Shown: in pieces, positions 35,326-44,789 of the stretch | Numbering within the stretch: the stretch's first letter is position 1 | How the letters are laid out: each line of letters begins with the position of its first letter | Assembly: GCA_949292105.1 (NCBI GenBank) | Contig: CASEYK010000018.1 | Coordinates: 5,134-69,133, forward strand | DNA length: 64,000 nt | Direction: 5' to 3' | DNA from: an uncultured bacterium | GTDB taxonomy: Bacteria > Bacillota_I > Bacilli_A > RFN20 > CAG-826 | Position numbers and translations under genes: made by a program | The notes under the pieces: generated by a model | The model's input: the letters and a program-made list of their open reading frames with translations, nothing else | Told to the model about the DNA's origin: nothing | The model's database searches: none

Positions 35326-35612
35326 TGATGAAATTTAAATTAGATTTACAACTCTTTGCTTCGAAAAAAGGTGTTGGTTCGACAAAAAATGGTCGTGACT
35401 CAGCTGGTCGTAGACTTGGTGCTAAAGTCAGCGATGGTCAATGGTGCCATGCCGGTTCGATAATCTATCGACAAAGAGGTACAAAAATTTATCCAGGAGA
35501 GAATACTAAAAAAGGTGGAGATGATACAATCTTCGCTCTCGTCTCCGGCATTGTTAAGTATGAGCGACTCGGTCGCAGCAAAACTGCGGTTCGAGTTATC
35601 GCTGATAAATAA
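35326..35612 (+). CDS. rpmA: 50S ribosomal protein L27 with an N-terminal propeptide
   Basis: [11 protein letters not shown]|[15 protein letters not shown] carries the Prp cleavage motif. The start is at ATG 35326 after AGAGGTG. Confidence 0.95.
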
Positions 35613-35630
35613 GTAAACAAAACATAAGTA

Positions 35631-35662
35631 AGACCACAATTCGTGGTCTTTCTTTCTATTTA
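35631..35662 (+). terminator. rho-independent terminator after rpmA
   Basis: agaccac-aatt-cgtggtct hairpin followed by a T-rich run. Confidence 0.55.
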
Positions 35663-35697
35663 TTCAGTGTTGTATAATAAAACAAAGAGGTTTTCAT

Positions 35698-36654
35698 ATG
35701 AAACTAATATCAATCGTCGTTCCAATGTATAACGAGGAAGAAATGGCTCCTATCTTTCTTGAAGAAGTGAGCAAAGTGATGAAAGGTCTAACCGATTATA
35801 GATTTGAAATCGTCGCAGTCAATGACGGCAGTAAAGACAAAACGCTCGAAGTGTTGAAAAAAAGCCTTGATACTTATCCATGGCTTGTCATTGTTAATCT
35901 CTCGCGCAACTTCGGGCACGAATCAGCTTTACACGCTGGATTAATCGAAGCTAAAGGCGATGCGGTTATTCCGATGGATGCTGATTTGCAAGATCCGCCA
36001 TCTCTTATTCCTGAACTCGTCAAGAAGTGGGAAGAGGGTTATGATGTTGTAAACGCTAAAAGAAAATCTCGCAAAGAAGATACATTTTATAAGCGAAAAA
36101 CGGCAGGAATGTTTTATCGCTTTATCAATAAACTATCTCCAAAAGTGAAAATTCCTGAAAATGTTGCTAATTTTCGTTTAATTAACCGCAAGGCTTTAGA
36201 CCAAGTCTTAGCGCTCAGTGAAAAAAATAGAGTCTTCCGCGTTGAAGTGCCATATGTTGGTTTTAAGGTTGGCGAAGTATATTTTTCAAGGCCTAAGCGT
36301 GACAAAGGTCAATCAAAATATAATACAAAAGCTATGACATCGCTCGCCATCGCTTCGACTGTTTCATTAACGACTAGACCTCTTGATTGGTGCATTGGAT
36401 GGACGATGCTCACCGGTATTGTTACTATGTTGTCGATTATTAGCGAAATAGTCATCGCCATTTTACTTGCGACCAACATTTTAACTTTTAGTTGGATTTA
36501 CATGGTCGTATGGCTCGGCATCAATATAACTTTGCTCATCGCTAGTGTGATTATGGTTCAACTAACCATTATGTCACAATACTTGGCTAAAGATGTTCTC
36601 GAAGCGAGAAATCGCCCAGATGTAATTGTTGATGAAGTCATCAGAAAGGAATAA
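35698..36654 (+). CDS. GT2-family polyprenyl-phosphate glycosyltransferase (GtrB/DPM1-like) with C-terminal TM helices
   Basis: IVVPMYNEE...VNDGSKD...DADLQD motifs and two C-terminal TM segments. Confidence 0.75.
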   Translation: MKLISIVVPMYNEEEMAPIFLEEVSKVMKGLTDYRFEIVAVNDGSKDKTLEVLKKSLDTYPWLVIVNLSRNFGHESALHAGLIEAKGDAVIPMDADLQDPPSLIPELVKKWEEGYDVVNAKRKSRKEDTFYKRKTAGMFYRFINKLSPKVKIPENVANFRLINRKALDQVLALSEKNRVFRVEVPYVGFKVGEVYFSRPKRDKGQSKYNTKAMTSLAIASTVSLTTRPLDWCIGWTMLTGIVTMLSIISEIVIAILLATNILTFSWIYMVVWLGINITLLIASVIMVQLTIMSQYLAKDVLEARNRPDVIVDEVIRKE

Positions 36655-36656
36655 CG

Positions 36657-37931
36657 ATGTTTATTGATCGTGTTGTCATTGAAGTCAGAAGTGGAAAAGG
36701 TGGCGATGGCGCCATCGCTTTTCGCCGTGAAAAATATGTTCCTAAAGGTGGACCTTCTGGTGGTAATGGTGGCCGCGGTGCATCAATTTATTTGCGCGCT
36801 AACAAAGCGATTAATACCTTGTTTAATTTTCGCCATTCCAAAACAATTATTGGACCTGATGGAGAAAAGGGAGGGATTAAAAATCAGTTTGGCAAATGTG
36901 CAGCAGATGTTGTAGTTGATGTTCCAGTCGGAACAGTTGTCTATCTTGAAGACGGTCATCGCTTTTTGGGTGATTTAGACAAAGATGGCAAAATGATTCG
37001 CGTCGCTAAAGGTGGGCGCGGAGGGCGTGGCAATACTTGCTTTAAATCTCCAACAAATCGCGCTCCACGCATCGCTGAAAACGGCGAACCGGGCGAAAAT
37101 AAACGTTTAATTCTCGAATTAAAATTATTGGCAGATGTCGGAGTGGTCGGACTTCCAAGCGTTGGTAAAAGCACTTTTTTGAGCGTTGTTACAAGCGCCC
37201 GACCTGAAATTGCTGATTATCCTTTTACGACTATTATTCCAAATTTGGGTGTTGTCTATCGACACGAAAAAAGTTTTGTCATCGCTGATTTGCCAGGTCT
37301 TATTGCCGGAGCTCATCAGGGAAAAGGATTAGGATTACAATTTTTACGACACATCGAAAGATGTCGTATCATTATCCATATGATTGATATGTCAGATAAT
37401 GGTCGAGATCCATTTGAAGACTATCAAACAATTATTGATGAACTAAAAGAATATGGTCTCGGCCTTGTTGAAAGGCGAATGATTGTCGTTGCTTCGAAAA
37501 TGGATGAAGAAGGTGCGCAAGCAAAATTGAGAAAACTACAAAAAGCTTTGCCTGATCAAAAGATTTTTCCTATTTCTTCGCTTAGCGATGAAGGAATTGG
37601 AGCTCTTCTCGATGAATGTATGTCTTTGCTTTCTCAAATTCCTCATAAACCCTTGGTTGAAGAAGAACCATTTGAAGATGTTAAGGTTTACTCTCTTGAT
37701 GGAGGGGAAAAAGAATTTGAAATTTTACATCCAGAAGCGCATCGCTTTGTCATTGTAGGCGATCAAATTATTAAATATTATAAGATGACAAATATCTCAA
37801 CTGACGAAGGAATGCTGAAACTCTTGACGCATTTTCGCCATCTGGGTATCGATGATGAATTGGAGAAAATGGGGGCCAAAAACGGAGATACGGTCGAAAT
37901 CGCCGACTTCGCTTTTGATTATGTAGAGTAA
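36657..37931 (+). CDS. obg: GTPase Obg
   Basis: Glycine-rich Obg fold (GGDGA, GGNGG, GGRGGRG), G domain (GLPSVGKST) and a C-terminal TGS-like domain. Confidence 0.95.
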   Translation: MFIDRVVIEVRSGKGGDGAIAFRREKYVPKGGPSGGNGGRGASIYLRANKAINTLFNFRHSKTIIGPDGEKGGIKNQFGKCAADVVVDVPVGTVVYLEDGHRFLGDLDKDGKMIRVAKGGRGGRGNTCFKSPTNRAPRIAENGEPGENKRLILELKLLADVGVVGLPSVGKSTFLSVVTSARPEIADYPFTTIIPNLGVVYRHEKSFVIADLPGLIAGAHQGKGLGLQFLRHIERCRIIIHMIDMSDNGRDPFEDYQTIIDELKEYGLGLVERRMIVVASKMDEEGAQAKLRKLQKALPDQKIFPISSLSDEGIGALLDECMSLLSQIPHKPLVEEEPFEDVKVYSLDGGEKEFEILHPEAHRFVIVGDQIIKYYKMTNISTDEGMLKLLTHFRHLGIDDELEKMGAKNGDTVEIADFAFDYVE

Positions 37932-38026
37932 TGAAAAAGACCAAATTTGATGTTGCTCTTGTTTCATCGCTAGTGGCGGCCGTTGTCATCCTCGCCATCA
38001 TCATTTTGTTTATTTTAATAAATTAA
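37931..38026 (+). CDS. candidate 31-aa single-TM micro-protein translationally coupled to obg
   Basis: TAATG stop-start overlap with obg. The sequence is MKKTKFDVALVSSLVAAVVILAIIILFILIN. It is below the 60-aa cutoff of the ORF track. Confidence 0.25.
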   Translation: MKKTKFDVALVSSLVAAVVILAIIILFILIN

Positions 38027-38044
38027 ATAAGGGAGAATAGATCG

Positions 38045-38596
38045 ATGATTTTTTATTTAAAAGGACATGTAGTATTCAAAGATAAAGATAGCGTTGTAAT
38101 CGATGTTCACGATGTCGCTTATCAAGTTTTAGTGTCACATATTGATTCATTTAAAGTCGGCGATGAAATTGTTTTATATACCTACAGCGTGGTCAGAGAA
38201 GATGAAGAATATTTAGTCGGTTTCTCCTCTTTGGAAGAAAAGAGCGTTTTCTTATCCTTGATTAAAGTTAAGGGGCTAGGACCAAAAACTGCCATTAACG
38301 CTCTTTCGACAACAACGCCAGATTTAGTTTTACAAGCCATTGCTTCTAACAATGTCGCTTATTTGAAAAAACTACCAGGTATCGGAGCGAAAGCAGCTGC
38401 TCAAATTATTCTCGATTTGAAAGGTCAATTGACTGGTACCAAAGGCAATCCAGGCGTTTACGATGAAGTTTATGATGCTTTAAAAGAATTGGGATACAAA
38501 GGGGCGGCAATCGACCGCGTTCTTTCTTCGATTAATGAACCGGATTTAGACGCTGAACAACTCTTAAGAGTTGCTTTAAGCAAAATGAGGAAGTAG
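38045..38596 (+). CDS. ruvA: Holliday junction helicase subunit RuvA
   Basis: MIFYLKGHVV N-terminus and HhH motifs (LIKVKGLGPKTA, LKKLPGIGAKAA). Confidence 0.9.
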   Translation: MIFYLKGHVVFKDKDSVVIDVHDVAYQVLVSHIDSFKVGDEIVLYTYSVVREDEEYLVGFSSLEEKSVFLSLIKVKGLGPKTAINALSTTTPDLVLQAIASNNVAYLKKLPGIGAKAAAQIILDLKGQLTGTKGNPGVYDEVYDALKELGYKGAAIDRVLSSINEPDLDAEQLLRVALSKMRK

Positions 38597-38599
38597 TGT

Positions 38600-39604
38600 A
38601 TGGCGAGATTAATGGATGCAAAGCGAGACGACAAAGAGACTTTAGAAGAGATTTCTTTGCGCCCAAAAACATTAGATGAATATGTCGGTCAATCCGATTT
38701 AAAAGATAATCTTCGCGTCTTCATCGGCGCAGCTTTAAAGCGTGAAGAGCCATTAGACCATTTACTATTTTATGGCCCGCCAGGTCTAGGAAAAACTACT
38801 CTTGCATATGTTATCGCCAATGAAATGGGGGCTAAAATTCATTTAGCTAATGGGCCGAGCATTGAAAAAACTGGCGATTTAGCCGCTATCTTGACATCTT
38901 TAGAACCGGGCGATGTTCTTTTCATCGATGAGATTCACCGTCTTCCACGTATTGTGGAAGAAGTTCTATACGGAGCGATGGAAGATTTTAATTTGACCAT
39001 TTTGATTAATAAAGACAACGCGCAGAGAACGCTTAATCTCTCTTTACCGCCGTTTACATTAATTGGGGCGACGACGCGTGCTGGAGATTTGTCCTTACCG
39101 CTTCGTACCCGTTTCGGCTATACCGAAAAAATCAATTTCTATACTGTCGAAGAAATCAATAAAATCGTTCATCGTACGGCTAGAGTTTTTAACTGCCATA
39201 TCGATGACGATGCCGCGCTCGAAATTGCAAAGCGCAGCCGTGGAACCCCGCGTATTGCTAACCGCCTTTTTAAACGTGTTAGAGATTTTGCAAATTTTGA
39301 AGGCAAGGATGATATTAGTCTCTTTGAGACGCAAAAAGCCTTAAAGGCTTTGAAAGTGGATGAAATCGGATTAGATGATGTTGATATCCGCTATTTAAAA
39401 ACGCTGATTGAAAGATTTAAAGGTGGACCTGTCGGGTTAGAAGTATTAGCCAATGCCATCGGCGAAGAAACGATGAATTTAGAGGATGTTTATGAGCCAT
39501 ATTTACTTCAAATCGGATTGGTTGATCGCACTCCGCGAGGTCGTGTTGCCACAGAAAAAGCATATAAACATTTAAAAATTACTCATCAGGGCAATTTGTT
39601 TTAG
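38600..39604 (+). CDS. ruvB: Holliday junction helicase subunit RuvB
   Basis: Walker [10 protein letters not shown], Walker B LFIDEIHR and a winged-helix C-terminus. Confidence 0.95.
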   Translation: MARLMDAKRDDKETLEEISLRPKTLDEYVGQSDLKDNLRVFIGAALKREEPLDHLLFYGPPGLGKTTLAYVIANEMGAKIHLANGPSIEKTGDLAAILTSLEPGDVLFIDEIHRLPRIVEEVLYGAMEDFNLTILINKDNAQRTLNLSLPPFTLIGATTRAGDLSLPLRTRFGYTEKINFYTVEEINKIVHRTARVFNCHIDDDAALEIAKRSRGTPRIANRLFKRVRDFANFEGKDDISLFETQKALKALKVDEIGLDDVDIRYLKTLIERFKGGPVGLEVLANAIGEETMNLEDVYEPYLLQIGLVDRTPRGRVATEKAYKHLKITHQGNLF

Positions 39605-39737
39605 TTTTGTTTCGTATTATTGAGGTGTAAATGTCGAAAAAATCGCGCTTTTTTGTTGTTGAAATATATATATATTTGTAGTATTTTAATTGATAGACGC
39701 GTAGGCGCTTGTCTATCAGCACAGAGGAGGAACAGAT

Positions 39738-42380
39738 ATGAGAAGATTGTGGGCATATATTATCATTGCCTTTACCGCATTGGTGTGCATGGGGACAACA
39801 TTCACTAATATTTTTATCCAAACCGATTCAAATATTGAATATCAAGATGGTCGTGAGATTGTTTTCCGCATCAGCGATAAAGAAAATAACGATGATCCGC
39901 TTCCTGACACCGCGGTGGAAGAAATCGCCGATGTTATGGAAGATAGATTGAATAACTCTGGTATTTCTCGCTATGAAATTCAAACCGCTGGAAACGATAC
40001 TGTTAAAGTAATCTTCTCTGAACAAGATACCTCCCAATATCAAAATATTATTTATTATTTAAGTTTTAATGGTGAATTTGCAATTTCAACATCTACAGAT
40101 GTTGTTGCTTTAGGTGATGAATTTTTAACCGATAGCAAAGCTTATCTTGATACCATTAATTCCTATCCTTGTGTTGTCATTCCTGTTGATACTTCCAACG
40201 AAGAACTCAACGCCGTCATCGAAGAAGCCAATAAGTTGAAAGATGATGGGGAAGGTGAAACTTCGACCGATAGTGAAGGAAATGAAACAACAACAACTTA
40301 TATTTACCTCTGGTGTGATTATGAAGAAGGCGACACATATTCCAAAACTCAAGAATCGAGCGATGATTATGACGCCAAAGTAGCTGAAAAAATCATCATG
40401 AAATTCAATGTTACTGATGGTATTTGGTTTCCAGATGACGAAGAAAACAAATTAGGAAGTGCCATTAATGTCGATACAAACGGCGATGGAGTTGCTTCAG
40501 TTAAAGAAGTGGAGACAGCTTACGCTACTGCCCGTTATTACATTAATTTGCTCAACAGTGAAGCCTTGGACTATGACATAACTTATATGTATGATCAAAC
40601 GGTTTCGGCTTGGACGGAAAATCTCATCAATTATGGCACAAAAGCTACTCTCGCTTGGTCTAATACTCTTTTAGCTACTGTCGTGTCTATCATTGTTTTA
40701 TGCCTTGTCCTCATCGTCTTCTATCGACTTGGTGCCGTGTCGACTTTGGTCATGACTCTCGCTTCCGTTTTTGGCGGAATTGGTTTCTTGGTCTTATTCG
40801 GAGTTCAATTCAATTTAGCGACCATCATTGGATTAAGCGCTGTAGCGCTAGCCTCAATAGTTTCTTCTATCATCTACTTCACAAAATTAAAGGAAGAAGC
40901 TTACCGCGGACGCAGTTTGAAAAAAGCTAACACTGAAGCGAGCAAAAAATCGCTCCTACCAATTGTTGATGCCAATGTCATTCTCATTGTCATCGGCGCC
41001 TTTGCGTATTTGCTCGGTGGAACACTAATGAGCGGATTTGCTGCCGTGACAGTTTTAGGTGGTCTTATTTCTTTGATCTTGAACACAGTAGGCTTAAAGA
41101 TAATGATGTGGCTTGCGACAAATACAACTGCTTTAACAGGAAAATATGCAGTCTTTGGCATTGATCCGAAACTCGTTCCTGATTTAACCAAAGAAGAAAA
41201 ACAGACATATTATGGTCCTTATCAAGACAAAAACTTAACAAAGAAAAACAAACCAGTTGGTATTGTTGCTTCCATCTTATTCGTTGCTTCTTTGGCGGGC
41301 ATGATTACATTTGGTGTTTTAAACAATGGTAATATCTACAACGCACCATCTAGTGTTGCCAATTCGCAAATTTTCTTTGAAACTACAACTGATAATTCAG
41401 CATTAAACGAAACATATATCAATAATTTGCTCGAACATGTCTGTTTAGCACCAGAAACTACCTCTACAATTGATGATGATTTGGCGACCGAGCAATATGA
41501 CGCCATTTCTAATTTCGTAGTCAGCATTGATGATTATGAGCGTACAGATACCGAAAATGGTGTTGAAGTTAATTACTATTACTATATAGTAACACTTGAT
41601 TCTTCGTTCCCAACATCAACGACAAATGCTTTTTATAGCGAAAATGGTACTGATAGTGATGTAATGCTTGTTAATGATGCTTTAGAATATGCACTCAATG
41701 AATCTGCTATCGACACGAAAGCAAGCGTCAGCATGAAAGATGTCACGATTGTTAATATTGCCCAACCAGCTTGGGAACCAATTGTTTTATCGACATTCGT
41801 CGGAACTGCTGTCCTCTGCTTATATTTCATGTTAAGATATCGTCTCTCTCGCGGGCTTTCTTCCATTATCATTGCAACATTGGTTGGCGGAATTAGTTTA
41901 GGCTTCTTCTCACTTACTCGCTTAGTGACATCAACTTATGTCACCATCGCTCTTCCATTTATTATCATCGCTACGCTTTTGTTCTCCATCTTGTTTATGA
42001 ATCGAGAGAGAGAATTGGTGGTGGAAGATCGCAAGAATGATAATTCTATCGAAGCTCGTGAACAAATTATGGTGAAAGCCACTTCGTTGGCGTTCGGCCC
42101 TATCATTGCTGTTCTTTGTGTTTCTTTATTAATGGCTCTTTGCTTTTTTGGCTTTGGCCCACTTGTTACCTCTTATACTTACTTGATGATATTGGTTGGT
42201 TTGCTCGTCGGAGCACTTCTCGTTACAGTTTTATATGGGCCTCTCAGCCAATTGTTCTATCGCTGGTTCTCACATGTTCATATCAACATTAAGCCAAAGA
42301 AAGAGAGAAAGAAAAAGAAACAAGTCAAAGCTAAATCAGCCGAACCTGAAGAAGCTATCTTTATCGGCATTAACGATTAA
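39738..42380 (+). CDS. secDF: SecDF-like fused protein-export membrane protein with an acidic extracytoplasmic domain and a Lys-rich C-terminal tail
   Basis: 880 aa: TM1, a ~270-aa acidic loop, a 5-6 TM cluster, a ~220-aa loop and a second TM cluster, which is the SecD plus SecF topology. It is syntenic with the Bacillus ruvAB...secDF-recJ-relA block. Confidence 0.55.
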   Translation: MRRLWAYIIIAFTALVCMGTTFTNIFIQTDSNIEYQDGREIVFRISDKENNDDPLPDTAVEEIADVMEDRLNNSGISRYEIQTAGNDTVKVIFSEQDTSQYQNIIYYLSFNGEFAISTSTDVVALGDEFLTDSKAYLDTINSYPCVVIPVDTSNEELNAVIEEANKLKDDGEGETSTDSEGNETTTTYIYLWCDYEEGDTYSKTQESSDDYDAKVAEKIIMKFNVTDGIWFPDDEENKLGSAINVDTNGDGVASVKEVETAYATARYYINLLNSEALDYDITYMYDQTVSAWTENLINYGTKATLAWSNTLLATVVSIIVLCLVLIVFYRLGAVSTLVMTLASVFGGIGFLVLFGVQFNLATIIGLSAVALASIVSSIIYFTKLKEEAYRGRSLKKANTEASKKSLLPIVDANVILIVIGAFAYLLGGTLMSGFAAVTVLGGLISLILNTVGLKIMMWLATNTTALTGKYAVFGIDPKLVPDLTKEEKQTYYGPYQDKNLTKKNKPVGIVASILFVASLAGMITFGVLNNGNIYNAPSSVANSQIFFETTTDNSALNETYINNLLEHVCLAPETTSTIDDDLATEQYDAISNFVVSIDDYERTDTENGVEVNYYYYIVTLDSSFPTSTTNAFYSENGTDSDVMLVNDALEYALNESAIDTKASVSMKDVTIVNIAQPAWEPIVLSTFVGTAVLCLYFMLRYRLSRGLSSIIIATLVGGISLGFFSLTRLVTSTYVTIALPFIIIATLLFSILFMNRERELVVEDRKNDNSIEAREQIMVKATSLAFGPIIAVLCVSLLMALCFFGFGPLVTSYTYLMILVGLLVGALLVTVLYGPLSQLFYRWFSHVHINIKPKKERKKKKQVKAKSAEPEEAIFIGIND

Positions 42381-42385
42381 TAATT

Positions 42386-42409
42386 AGGCTACTTCGGTAG
42401 CCTTTTTTG
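42386..42409 (+). terminator. rho-independent terminator after secDF
   Basis: aggctac-ttcg-gtagcct hairpin followed by tttttt. Confidence 0.65.
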
Positions 42410-42421
42410 TAAAAAAAAAGA

Positions 42422-44002
42422 TTGAATGTTATGAAAGGCACTTTGTTTGAAAGACTTTTAAATTATTACGGAATTACTCAAGAAGATTTTACTCTTCTTT
42501 GTCGCGACTATGATCTCGATCATTTTTTAGATGGGCATCATTTCGATAATATTGAAGATGCTGCCGCACTAGTTAAACAAACGATGGCTAAAGGCGGAAA
42601 GATTATGATTTATGGTGATTATGATGCCGACGGTATTATGTCGACCTCAATTCTTGTTAATGCTTTTCATTATTTAAATTATGATGTCGGATATTATATT
42701 CCTAGCCGTTATCTCGATGGTTATGGAATTAATATGGAAAAGGCGCAAGAGATCGCTAATAAACAGTATAACCTAGTTATTACTGTCGATAATGGAATTA
42801 GCGCTTTTGAACCCATTAAATGGCTAAAAGAACAAGGAATAGATGTGATTGTGTTAGACCACCATACTCCGAGCGACAAAATGGTCGAAGCTAATTATAT
42901 TATCCATCCAAGCGTGTCACACTTTGGTGATATTCCAACCTCGGCTGGCTTTATCGCTTTTGTTTTTTCTAAATATCTATTAGGTAAATATGAAACATAT
43001 TTAGCAATCTTAGGAGCGATAAGTGTTGTGTCAGATATGATGCCTTTAAAAGGATATAATCGGAATTTATTAAGGACGGTTTTCGCATTATATAAAGATG
43101 GCATATATGATCAAATCGATGTATTAAAAGATGAAGATGATTTTAACGAAAATACAATCGGAATGAAAATTGCTCCTCGCATCAACGCCGTCGGTCGAAT
43201 TGTCAAAGATCAAACAATTAATCGGCTCGTGACTTATTTCACATCACATAATCAACAAACCATATATGCCTTGGCAGAATGGATCAAAAACATTAATGAA
43301 CTGCGCAAAGAAAAATCGCAAGACGCAGTCAGCGATTTATCATCTTATATCGATGAGGCTAAACCCGCTATTGTTTTAAACTTAGATATTGAAGAAGGGT
43401 TGCTCGGACTTGTCGCTAATCGCTTAGTGCGAGAATATCGAAAACCAATTATTATTTTTACAAAAGATAGCAGCGCACCTGATATCTACAAAGGCTCATG
43501 TCGCGCTCCTAAAGGTTTTAATGTTGTCGCCTCTTTTAATGCTTTATCACACCTTATTGTCACTAGCGGAGGTCACGCCTTAGCTGGTGGGTTGAGTGTT
43601 AAAGAGGAAAATTACGAGGCGTTTAAAAAAGCTTTTGAAGAGTATGCTGAAGGTGTTGTATACGAAGATGCTGGCGAAGAATTTATAGAATTAGGTATTA
43701 CTGAATTATCACTAGAAAACTACTATTTAGTGCAAAAATTTGCACCTTTTGGTGAAGAATGGCCTGCACCAGTTTTCAGGATTAGAAGAATAAAAACGAA
43801 TAGTTTGACTTATTCGAAAAATGGTTTACATCTCTTATCTAATCTCGGGATGAATACGCGTTTAGTTGGTTTTAACCTTTCACGCGAATATGTCTCACAG
43901 TTTGACTATGTCGATGTTTACGGTACGATGCGCCTATCCTACTTTAGACAACAACAAAATCTAGAATTTGTTGCGAAAGAGATTGTCGAGTCTATTGTTT
44001 AG
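42422..44002 (+). CDS. recJ: RecJ-like DHH-family single-strand DNA exonuclease (short form, no C-terminal OB domain)
   Basis: DHH motifs (GDYDADG, VLDHHTP) and a DHHA1 motif (SGGHALAGG), in the position RecJ occupies after secDF in Bacillus. Confidence 0.7.
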   Translation: MNVMKGTLFERLLNYYGITQEDFTLLCRDYDLDHFLDGHHFDNIEDAAALVKQTMAKGGKIMIYGDYDADGIMSTSILVNAFHYLNYDVGYYIPSRYLDGYGINMEKAQEIANKQYNLVITVDNGISAFEPIKWLKEQGIDVIVLDHHTPSDKMVEANYIIHPSVSHFGDIPTSAGFIAFVFSKYLLGKYETYLAILGAISVVSDMMPLKGYNRNLLRTVFALYKDGIYDQIDVLKDEDDFNENTIGMKIAPRINAVGRIVKDQTINRLVTYFTSHNQQTIYALAEWIKNINELRKEKSQDAVSDLSSYIDEAKPAIVLNLDIEEGLLGLVANRLVREYRKPIIIFTKDSSAPDIYKGSCRAPKGFNVVASFNALSHLIVTSGGHALAGGLSVKEENYEAFKKAFEEYAEGVVYEDAGEEFIELGITELSLENYYLVQKFAPFGEEWPAPVFRIRRIKTNSLTYSKNGLHLLSNLGMNTRLVGFNLSREYVSQFDYVDVYGTMRLSYFRQQQNLEFVAKEIVESIV

Positions 44003-44028
44003 CCATTATTATATTTGTAAGGGAAATT

Positions 44029-44697
44029 ATGAAAAACAAGTTTTTAATTTTTGCACCGCTGATTTTACCGATACTTACCAGTTGCGTTCAATTCAGCACC
44101 GATTCATTATCAGAAGGATTGGTTGGAGGGGAAAGCTCCTCTGATGTATCACAAAATATTGAATTCGTCGAAAATGCTGATTTATCAAGTCTTGTTCCTT
44201 CATTTTCTCTTACTTTTAAGAGCAGCCAAAATGAAGGCGGATACATTTCGACCTTTGAAGAATTTTTAAACCTTCTCGAACAGGATAGTGGATATGCGAT
44301 GGTCAATGGAATCGATACAACGACCATTAAATATGTTGCGCAAGGCTATCAAGGAATGAAATTAGGTATAAATGTCGGATCAAATCAAGGGTTTTTATCA
44401 GCGTATTTCAATTCGAGTTTCGTAGCTGTATCGATTGTGGCTACTCCTCGATATGTTGAATTGTATGATTCTTCTTCACATGAATTGACTTTAAATATTG
44501 ATACCAATTCATCAATCAGCGTTGATGGAACCCATTTCATACATTTGGCATCTTCTTTTGAAACTTACGAGGATGTTAAACCGACGACATGCAATTTCTT
44601 GCTCGACGAAAGTACTAATAATCTCGAATTATTCTCTTATTCTGGAAGAGTCAATATCCAAACCATTACTTTTTATAGTTCTAGTGTGAACGAATAG
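44029..44697 (+). CDS. putative lipoprotein
   Basis: Signal peptide with the lipobox LTSC (MKNKFLIFAPLILPILTSC). Confidence 0.55.
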   Translation: MKNKFLIFAPLILPILTSCVQFSTDSLSEGLVGGESSSDVSQNIEFVENADLSSLVPSFSLTFKSSQNEGGYISTFEEFLNLLEQDSGYAMVNGIDTTTIKYVAQGYQGMKLGINVGSNQGFLSAYFNSSFVAVSIVATPRYVELYDSSSHELTLNIDTNSSISVDGTHFIHLASSFETYEDVKPTTCNFLLDESTNNLELFSYSGRVNIQTITFYSSSVNE

Positions 44698-44789
44698 CTA
44701 AGTTTTAAACAAAATAAACACAATCAAAGTACGAAAAGTGTTTATTTTTTGTTTATAAAATAAACCTTTCCATTTATGATATTAAGTGT

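Noticed and set aside
39640-39737. Inverted repeat tgatagac...gtctatca and an A6/T6 hairpin upstream of secDF as a riboswitch or terminator.
   Set aside because: The stems are short and AT-only or interrupted. They could be an operator or a weak terminator for ruvB, but the evidence is insufficient to call a feature.
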